A stretch of DNA of 28,932 nucleotides. Source: a virus (Duplodnaviria; Caudoviricetes). Location: the IMG/VR virus record IMGVR_UViG_3300021791_000007, positions 1 to 28,932 of that record, one strand, 5' to 3'. This document shows, piece after piece, positions 1 through 6,249 of this stretch (its first letter is position 1; every line of letters begins with the position of its first letter). Position numbers and translations under genes: made by a program. The notes beneath the pieces are model-generated. The model was not told the origin of the DNA and did no database searches. It worked only from the letters and a program-made list of their open reading frames with translations.

Positions 1-434
1 TCCGAAAACTTGCGCTTTTCCATAAGGAAGATGACGTCATTCACGCCATCATCCGCCCCGGTCACCAGTAAGACCGTGTTGGGGAAAGGTGGGCTCATGG
101 TCGTTTCATCACTCGTGTCGGCTGAGTCCCAATCTTGTTTGATGCCCAGTTCGAGTTTGAATTTGAACGAATTGCGAGCAGCCGCCGCCTTCGCCGCTTC
201 AGCCATGTAGTACGTCTGCATTGCCCCTCCGCCCCAATGATCCTTCGCGTCGACTTCGCCCGCCGCGTTTAACTGCCAATCCTCGCGGTACTTCAACCCG
301 CCCCGTTCGATCATCACGCTCGGGACGTTCTTGGGGTGCGGGTTGTTCATGTAGTCCTCGATGGACTCCAGGTTGCGGAGATAGCGGTCGAACGACAGCC
401 CGAACGACGTTGGCTTCTCTCGTTTCTTGCTCAT
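1..434 (-). CDS. hypothetical phage protein, partial (runs off left edge)
   Basis: ATG at 434 overlaps the TGA of the 431..751 gene (ATGA). Manual translation MSKKREKPTSFGLSFDRYLRNLESIEDY...SPPFPNTVLLVTG...MEKRKFS stays open to position 1. Not in the ORF track because it has no stop in the window. Confidence 0.8.
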   Translation of the reverse strand, partial: MSKKREKPTSFGLSFDRYLRNLESIEDYMNNPHPKNVPSVMIERGGLKYREDWQLNAAGEVDAKDHWGGGAMQTYYMAEAAKAAAARNSFKFKLELGIKQDWDSADTSDETTMSPPFPNTVLLVTGADDGVNDVIFLMEKRKFS

Positions 435-751
435 CGGTTTTTCACCGCGTAGTACCCACGGATGTAGCCAATCCGTTTCGGGTGCCCCTCGATGTAACCG
501 CGCTTGGCTAGCATCTTTTCAAGCTGCGCCGTGATCGGGTAGACGCGCCTGGTCGCTGGTTTGCTGACCTGGCGGGTGACGGTTTCCGGCTCAGGATTTT
601 TTTCGGCGGAAATAATCCCCTCCAAAAATCCCCCAACCATCTCGGTCAACTGCGCCCTGGTCACCATCGCCTTAGTGGGTTTCCCCCGTATGGCAATGGC
701 AACTTGATTACGCTCCTCGTCGGTGAGTTCAACTTTAATGTTTGCCCTCAT
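431..751 (-). CDS. hypothetical phage protein (106 aa)
   Basis: ORF with ATGA overlaps at both ends; purine-rich SD (AAGGGGG) upstream. Confidence 0.8.
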   Translation of the reverse strand: MRANIKVELTDEERNQVAIAIRGKPTKAMVTRAQLTEMVGGFLEGIISAEKNPEPETVTRQVSKPATRRVYPITAQLEKMLAKRGYIEGHPKRIGYIRGYYAVKNR

Positions 752-1047
752 ACCGTTCCCCCTTTGTTGAAGTGAATGTCATAGAGCTTATCGATCAAGC
801 GACCCGTTTCCGTCTGTCCCGTAGCCCCAGAGTAGTAATTAATGCTGAGTCGTTGGAGTCGAAAAATGGCTGACTCGATCTCATCGAAAAGCCACGTCTC
901 TAGCCCCAACACTCCGGCTTCTAATTCGTCCCTGATGATCGGGTGGACGGGATCTTCCCCCTCGTATGTTTTGTTTCGGTACTCATCCCACCCAGCATCG
1001 TTATCCTTGATCAACTGTTCGTGAAGTTTCTTATATTTTCCAGTCAT
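748..1047 (-). CDS. hypothetical phage protein (99 aa, MTGKYKKLHEQ...)
   Basis: Start re-assigned to the ATG at 1047, which overlaps the helicase stop (ATGA) and follows GGAG. The longer 1149 start lies inside the helicase. Confidence 0.75.
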   Translation of the reverse strand: MTGKYKKLHEQLIKDNDAGWDEYRNKTYEGEDPVHPIIRDELEAGVLGLETWLFDEIESAIFRLQRLSINYYSGATGQTETGRLIDKLYDIHFNKGGTV

Positions 1048-2852
1048 TCCATTTCTCCCATGTAAGCAGTGTTGTATACGGCATCGTCTATCTGACGCTT
1101 GTACTTCCGAAGCATCTTGAATGCCGCGCGTTGTTGTTTCGGAGACCAACTCGCAGACTCCGCGAGCGAGTGACCGAATTCGGAATCGGACCCATTGAAC
1201 CCGACACCATTCTCGAACCTTGCGTGATCCGAGTCCGCAGCGACGAGACCACTGATAGCCACTCGGAGTGCTTCTACTACTGGCTCCGGTAGCGGCTCAA
1301 CCTTCTCGACCGCTTCGACTCCGAGAGATGTCGCAATCTCTTCAATCGTGATCGCCTGACTGACGTCATCATCGAGAGCCGCATCCAGGACGCGCTGCTT
1401 TTCGACCAGGACTTCAGTCATTCGTGCATCGATTGATCCATCGATCACCAGGTGCTGAACCAGGACCGAATCGGTTTGCCCAATTCTGTGGCATCGATCT
1501 TCAGCCTGGGACACGTTGCCGGGAACCCAGTCGAGTTCTGCGAACAGGACGTGGCTTGCAGCCGTGAGGGTGATCCCCACGCCGGCAGCACCAATGGTCC
1601 CGATGAACACCTGGGCGTCACCGTTCTGGAACGCATCGACAGCCCCCTGGCGTTCCTCGGTCGAACTGTCACCCGTGAGGGTTACGACCCGTTGCTCGCA
1701 CCCCTCAGCAATACCGGCGACCACGTCTTTATGGTGTGCCATTACGACCACGGGATGGTCGATGGTGTTGAGGTGCTCGACGATCTCAGGAATCTTCGCA
1801 ACCGCCATGAGATGGCGAACCCGCGAGAGTTCCTGGAACAGCACCTGGGGTGACGTCACTCGTTCCGCCGCCTCTTCGAGTGCAGCGAACTCCGCATCTA
1901 GCTGCGCCTCGAATGAATCGCCAGGAAGCACGATCACTTGGCGTTGCTTTGGAGGCAGCTCTTTCAGCACGTCAGACTTGAGGCGCCGAACCATGATCGA
2001 TTCACGCAACCGCCGCTGTAGCTCTCCGAGATTCGAGGAGCCGGAAAAGTCCCAGCCCCAACGACCCTTGTGAGCGTCGGCATATCGTCGGGCGAACTTA
2101 AAGAAGTTCCCGAAGTTGGTCGGATCAAGGTAACCCGCTATGGGCTGCAACTCGATGGGACGGTTCGTGATCGGAGTCCCCGTCAGCATGAGCCGACGCA
2201 GTCCCTTGATCTTGGTCGCCACTTTGGTGCGTTGCGCCTTGGGATTCTTGGCGTAGTGAGCCTCATCCATGATGACCAGCCCCCAGGTGCGACCCAACAG
2301 CGCTTCCGAATGCTTCGTCAGCACGTCGTAATTGATAATCACAACGTCCGGGTCAGAAGGCATCGGTTCGCCGCCGCCGTTCACGATATCGATTCGACGG
2401 GGGACCACTAGCCATTTCTCAAGTTCACGTTTCCAGTTCAGCTTGAGAGATGCGGGACACACGATCAAAACAGTTTCGGGCGGAGAAACATTCATCACCC
2501 CAATTGCCTGGATCGTTTTACCCAAACCCATTTCGTCACCGAACAAGGTAGCTGGTCGACTCATGGCATAGGCAATACCGCCCCGCTGATACGGGAGGTA
2601 CGCCAACCCCTGGGGTACTGGAATGTCGATGTCAGAATCAACTGCCTTCGACTCTTCCATCGCCTTGACGCTGTCGATCCAGTGGCAAACTTCCCACACG
2701 TTGCCGGTCTTCCGAACCGAGTACCCAGCAGCTTTGACGGCTTCTTTGTCAGCCCTCCAGATCTGCCAGAACTCCTCGTTCGGTTCTGCGGTTGCGAGCT
2801 TCTTCCCGGATTGTGTCTCCGTTGGCTCGCTCCAGTTTAGTTTCAGTTCCAT
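1044..2852 (-). CDS. SNF2/SWI2-family (HepA/SMARCAL1-like) DNA helicase/translocase
   Basis: Motifs YQxxG, DEMGLGKT (Walker A), VCPASLKLNW, DEAH (Walker B), LTGTPITN, GVGITLTAAS, QAEDRCHRIGQ; SD AGAGG 6 nt before the ATG. Confidence 0.95.
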   Translation of the reverse strand: MELKLNWSEPTETQSGKKLATAEPNEEFWQIWRADKEAVKAAGYSVRKTGNVWEVCHWIDSVKAMEESKAVDSDIDIPVPQGLAYLPYQRGGIAYAMSRPATLFGDEMGLGKTIQAIGVMNVSPPETVLIVCPASLKLNWKRELEKWLVVPRRIDIVNGGGEPMPSDPDVVIINYDVLTKHSEALLGRTWGLVIMDEAHYAKNPKAQRTKVATKIKGLRRLMLTGTPITNRPIELQPIAGYLDPTNFGNFFKFARRYADAHKGRWGWDFSGSSNLGELQRRLRESIMVRRLKSDVLKELPPKQRQVIVLPGDSFEAQLDAEFAALEEAAERVTSPQVLFQELSRVRHLMAVAKIPEIVEHLNTIDHPVVVMAHHKDVVAGIAEGCEQRVVTLTGDSSTEERQGAVDAFQNGDAQVFIGTIGAAGVGITLTAASHVLFAELDWVPGNVSQAEDRCHRIGQTDSVLVQHLVIDGSIDARMTEVLVEKQRVLDAALDDDVSQAITIEEIATSLGVEAVEKVEPLPEPVVEALRVAISGLVAADSDHARFENGVGFNGSDSEFGHSLAESASWSPKQQRAAFKMLRKYKRQIDDAVYNTAYMGEME

Positions 2853-2869
2853 TTTTTTCCTCTTGGTTT

Positions 2870-2923
2870 TCCTAGACGCCTCTCGGCGTTTCGACTCGTG
2901 ACCATCGAGTCTCGTCAGTAGGA
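2870..2923 (-). ncRNA. type I hammerhead ribozyme (HH1)
   Basis: Minus strand reads UCCUA-CUGACGA-GACUCG[AUGGUCA]CGAGUC-GAAA-CGCC[GAGA]GGCG-UC^UAGGA. It has the full CUGANGA/GAAA/GUC core and three perfect stems. Predicted cut is between 2875 and 2874. Confidence 0.93.
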
Positions 2924-2924
2924 T

Positions 2925-3242
2925 CTAGACGTCCTTCGCAAAAGTGCCGTGTAGATACATGGGGCGTTCGTTGCCCTGGTCATCGAAACGGCGGTTCTTA
3001 ACAGTCGCGACCCAATCCGAATCGTTGCCAGGAAGCTCACCGAACCCGGAGACGATCATCCCTTGATACCACTCGGTGCAAAATCGAGCTGCCAATTTCT
3101 TGGCTTGGTCGTGGGTGTCTTGCGCGAAATCGACAGACTCCGTGATCGAACGTTTTTCACCGTACCAGACCTCACCAAACGCCTTAATCCTCGCGCCGTG
3201 ATGGTCCGTAGCCTTGAGGTATCTGATTTGAATTACTTGCAT
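2925..3242 (-). CDS. hypothetical phage early protein (105 aa), flanked by the two ribozymes
   Basis: ORF with AAGGA SD; the N-terminal I.xRYLxATxxxGARIKA motif resembles small phage early proteins. Confidence 0.85.
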   Translation of the reverse strand: MQVIQIRYLKATDHHGARIKAFGEVWYGEKRSITESVDFAQDTHDQAKKLAARFCTEWYQGMIVSGFGELPGNDSDWVATVKNRRFDDQGNERPMYLHGTFAKDV

Positions 3243-3259
3243 GAACTTTTCCTTTTTTC

Positions 3260-3294
3260 CATTTAGGTTTCCTAGACATTTAGGTTTCCTAGAC
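3260..3294. repeat. 17-bp perfect tandem duplication (CATTTAGGTTTCCTAGA x2) containing the HH2 cleavage site
   Basis: Copies at 3260-3276 and 3277-3293 are identical. Confidence 0.95.
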
Positions 3295-3338
3295 GCCTTG
3301 CGGCGTTTCGACCCGCACCAGGGGTCTCCTCAGTAGGA
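3287..3338 (-). ncRNA. type I hammerhead ribozyme (HH2)
   Basis: Minus strand reads UCCUA-CUGAGGA-GACCC[CUGGUGC]GGGUC-GAAA-CGCC[GCAA]GGCG-UC^UAGGA. Relative to HH1 there is a compensatory U-A to C-G change in stem II, the GNRA loop is kept, and the only core change is at N7. Predicted cut is between 3292 and 3291. Confidence 0.93.
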
Positions 3339-3446
3339 TTGCGTTTCCCGCTTCGACAAACGCCGTTGCTGCTTCTCTCGAACCCGCTTCAGTCGCTTCT
3401 CCCACTTGCGAGAGAGAGCCGCGACGTCTTTTCGTACTTCTTTCAT
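3330..3446 (-). CDS. small basic protein (38 aa, MKEVRKDVAALSRKWEKRLKRVREKQQRRLSKRETQSY)
   Basis: ATG at 3446 overlaps the upstream stop (ATGA) with a strong SD GGAGGTGA; its TGA lies within the HH2 core. Confidence 0.7.
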   Translation of the reverse strand: MKEVRKDVAALSRKWEKRLKRVREKQQRRLSKRETQSY

Positions 3447-4249
3447 GCTGTCACCTCCATTGAATCGATGTGTGTTTCCCACTCGGGGACCGATAGCCGC
3501 TTGCCATCTATGGTCGGCTGGAAAAGACGCTTGCCCTCCGCCCATGAATCCAAGCGCCAGTGACCAGCACCGCACTTCCCATCGGACCGCACCGGCTTAC
3601 CCGCGTCCAGCCATGCCTGGTGCTTCGCGGGTGACGTTTCCTGGAACCGCGCCTCGACCAGCTTGATCGTCTGCCATGCGGCTGGGTCTTGGCGCATCGC
3701 GATGATCTCGTGCTTTTTCATGTACGGGCAGAACACGCACGATGACTTGGGCACCTCGATACCAAACCCGTCGAGATAATCGAGACAGTCCTGGCGCGTC
3801 ATATCGAGATCTTGCAGCGGGTAGCGGTAGGCAGCTTCGTCACCTTTAGGTGCGCTGAACCGTTCGCTTCGCTTGCCTTCGTTGGCTTCAAGACCAATGA
3901 GGTAGCAAATTTTTTCGCCGGGGAAATTATTACCAACCCATTTTTGAATCACGTCCCTCTTAAACCTATTCGAGCAAGCGTGTGCTCCAGCCCCAGGCAT
4001 AAGAGGTAGAGTTCCGTTACGAGTAACCCACTCAGTGATGGTCTCTTTCTCATTCCATACGACCGTGAACGGCAGCCCAGCGTCTTCGCAAAGCTCCGCG
4101 AAGAACTCGACGTTGTCGTAGGTGCCACTGGACTCAGCCCCGGTGTCGGAGAACACGACGTGATCGATACCCTGGTCATCACCCATAAGGTGCATGAGAA
4201 GGATGGTCGAACTGTCGACGCCTCCGCCGAAAGATAGGATCGTTTTCAT
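3443..4249 (-). CDS. phosphoadenosine phosphosulfate (PAPS) reductase-family / PP-loop adenine nucleotide alpha-hydrolase protein
   Basis: N-terminal SFGGGVDS PP-loop, FSDTGAE, CSxRFK, IGxxxxExxR, YPL and C-terminal PKSSCVFCP motifs. Confidence 0.85.
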   Translation of the reverse strand: MKTILSFGGGVDSSTILLMHLMGDDQGIDHVVFSDTGAESSGTYDNVEFFAELCEDAGLPFTVVWNEKETITEWVTRNGTLPLMPGAGAHACSNRFKRDVIQKWVGNNFPGEKICYLIGLEANEGKRSERFSAPKGDEAAYRYPLQDLDMTRQDCLDYLDGFGIEVPKSSCVFCPYMKKHEIIAMRQDPAAWQTIKLVEARFQETSPAKHQAWLDAGKPVRSDGKCGAGHWRLDSWAEGKRLFQPTIDGKRLSVPEWETHIDSMEVTA

Positions 4250-4938
4250 CGTTCCGCTCCGAAGGTTTCGAGGGCTAGATCGACGGTGGTTCGATTCCTC
4301 CTACCACTAGCCGTTGCGATAATGAATGGGTACTTGCGGTACGACTTCTTGAAGCCGATCAGCCTATATCCCTTCAGCACCCCAGCTTTGGCGACCTTGC
4401 TGGTGTCGAGATTGTGGCGTTGCGCTACCAATTTCAGTTCGTTTGACGCCTTCTCGAACAGCTCGTCGACAGTGGGGCGACCGCTTACCGGACCCTCGCC
4501 AATCTCGACAGAGTTTCTGACCAGATAGACACGTCGCACGCCAGCCCGTCGACCCGCCGCGCTATGCATCGGGACGTCTTGGCACTGATCGATGTAGCGA
4601 CCCTTGTGCAGCGTGAGAAGGTGACTGGTCGTGCTGACTAGGTACACGGCGTTGTGCAATGCCCATGCCCTGGACCATTGCTCGACCGTGTATTCGCCAG
4701 CGTATGAACCCTCGTCATTCGTCGAGTAGCACTCACCGACATCGGCACCGAGCAGCGCCAGGTGGTCGATTAGCTGAGGGGTCGAAACCGACCCTTTCCA
4801 GTTGTGTGCCTTGCCATGCATTTTTCGATGCTGATCGAAGATGAATTGCAGCGACTTGCCGGTGACCAGGTGAGCTGCGAATAGACCGCAGCAACCCATG
4901 TCGTATACCGGAATGCCGTTGATTTCCTGGTGTTCCAT
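4246..4938 (-). CDS. hypothetical protein with putative papain-like (C39-type) Cys-His-Asp domain plus a basic C-terminal domain (230 aa)
   Basis: Start re-assigned to ATG 4938 (after GAGGAAAAAGGA and downstream of the promoter); motifs CCGLFA...HLLTLHKGRYID. Confidence 0.6.
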   Translation of the reverse strand: MEHQEINGIPVYDMGCCGLFAAHLVTGKSLQFIFDQHRKMHGKAHNWKGSVSTPQLIDHLALLGADVGECYSTNDEGSYAGEYTVEQWSRAWALHNAVYLVSTTSHLLTLHKGRYIDQCQDVPMHSAAGRRAGVRRVYLVRNSVEIGEGPVSGRPTVDELFEKASNELKLVAQRHNLDTSKVAKAGVLKGYRLIGFKKSYRKYPFIIATASGRRNRTTVDLALETFGAER

Positions 4939-4984
4939 GATTTCCTTTTTCCTCGTTCCTGTTTCCCGTTTGGCTCGGAGAGCC

Positions 4985-5013
4985 AAGATACAGATGGACT
5001 TCGAGAATGTCAA
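4985..5013 (-). promoter_or_regulatory. sigma70-type promoter for the leftward early operon
   Basis: Minus strand TTGACA (5013-5008), 17-nt spacer, TATCTT (4990-4985). The inverted repeat TTGGCTC/GAGCCAA (4970-4986) overlaps the -10/+1 region. Confidence 0.8.
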
Positions 5014-5037
5014 ACCCTTTCGGGTAGAATGTCGGTC

Positions 5038-5304
5038 ATGAGTGAAGAGCGGCTGCAACGAATCGAGGTCAAACTCGACAGGCTCAGTGAGTTGGTCGGT
5101 GACCTTGCGCGAGTCGATGAGAAGGCAAGCTCAATTGGTCGTCGCGTCGACCGTCACGAGTACCGTCTCGACATGCTCGAAGAAAACCAGCGAGAGGTAG
5201 CGGAGGTGGTCACGAAGAATAGCGGGACGGCTGCGATGCTCGAACGTGCCGCGTGGGTAATCTTCGCTGCACTCGTCGCGGGAGCCGCAACGTGGTTGAC
5301 CTGA
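5038..5304 (+). CDS. coiled-coil protein with one C-terminal TM helix (XhlA/holin-like), 88 aa
   Basis: MSEERLQRIEVKLDRL... heptad pattern followed by hydrophobic AAWVIFAALVAGAATWLT. Confidence 0.7.
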   Translation: MSEERLQRIEVKLDRLSELVGDLARVDEKASSIGRRVDRHEYRLDMLEENQREVAEVVTKNSGTAAMLERAAWVIFAALVAGAATWLT

Positions 5305-5516
5305 AGGGCTGGGAGAAAATTTTCGGGGCGGAAAAACCCCCCTCTCAAACTCCCCCATCTACTCATGAGCGTGTAAGGGACTTACATATAGCACTAGAGG
5401 GAGTGAAAGCACTCCATAAGGCAACTAGAGGCGTGAGCGCGATGGCTATGTACAGCGAGATGGCGGCGGAGATAGTGGAAGAGTTGCACGAGTTGGGAGA
5501 GACGCCAGGTGAGTGA
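5292..5516 (+). CDS. hypothetical protein (74 aa)
   Basis: GTG start 7 nt after GGAG; fills the gap between neighbours with short overlaps. Confidence 0.55.
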   Translation: MVDLKGWEKIFGAEKPPSQTPPSTHERVRDLHIALEGVKALHKATRGVSAMAMYSEMAAEIVEELHELGETPGE

Positions 5517-5955
5517 AGAGAAGGTGATAGACGCCAAGGCTCCGAACTATCGGCAGACACTCTTTGTTGCGGAGTATCTAGAGCATGGCAATGCGACTAG
5601 AGCCGCTGAGAAGGCTGGTTACGCGCATCCTGACGTGCAAGGTCCGAGGTTGTTGGGAAATGTTCGAGTAAAGACCGTTATCGACCGTGAACAGAGGGCA
5701 TTGATGGCTAAAACCGCTGATAAAGGTATTGTCGTGGTTGAGCGTTTGTGGGACGAAGCGCAGAACATTGAGTCGCCTCCCGCTGTTCGAGTGCGTGCCC
5801 TTGAGCTTCTCGGCAAGGTCTACGCCGTCTTTGCCCCAGAGAAGGTCGAAACGACCGTATATAGTGGGAGCTTTCTCGCTGACCTTGACCTTACCGAGCC
5901 TGAAAATTTGCCGGTTCTTTTGGGAGAGCAGGCAAAAGCCCTTGAGTTTCAATAA
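5509..5955 (+). CDS. terS: terminase small subunit
   Basis: RQxLFVxEYL...NATRAAxKAGY HTH motif and ...RALELLGK, typical of the Terminase_2-type family. Confidence 0.88.
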   Translation: MSEEKVIDAKAPNYRQTLFVAEYLEHGNATRAAEKAGYAHPDVQGPRLLGNVRVKTVIDREQRALMAKTADKGIVVVERLWDEAQNIESPPAVRVRALELLGKVYAVFAPEKVETTVYSGSFLADLDLTEPENLPVLLGEQAKALEFQ

Positions 5956-5959
5956 GTTA
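5947..5959 (+). promoter_or_regulatory. possible IHF-binding site
   Basis: TTTCAATAAGTTA versus consensus WATCAANNNNTTR (1 mismatch), at the start of the non-coding tract after terS. Confidence 0.35.
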
Positions 5960-6249
5960 CCTTTGGGTGACCGATACTTCCTTAGTTTTACGCACCAGGC
6001 GTCACGCGATCCCGCGTGTGCATGTAAAGGTCGGTTCTGGGGTGCCGGGGGTAGGGGGGGGATAGAGAGGAAAGGCTTCCCGTGCGTTCATATGTGTGGT
6101 TCCATGAGACCTATCTCTATCGATAAGAGTACCTTTCATAAAAACAGGGGGTACGGTCATTCTGAGAGTACCTTTTCCAAAAAAGTACGAGGCTGGTTTT
6201 TCAGACTCCTATTTTTACTACTCATCTTCTTACTGGAGGCAATTTCACG

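Noticed and set aside
1445-2901. Several plus-strand and alternate-frame ORFs over the helicase
   Set aside because: Shadow ORFs of a GC-rich gene that has clear SNF2 motifs.
2868-3340. CRISPR mini-array or rho-independent terminators for the two similar ~50-nt elements
   Set aside because: There are only two copies, separated by a whole gene, with no U-tract on the coding strand. The hammerhead consensus accounts for every conserved base.
4939-5058. N-terminal extensions of the 270-aa (-) and 124-aa (+) ORFs
   Set aside because: They would overlap each other and the promoter; better starts exist at 4938 and 5038.
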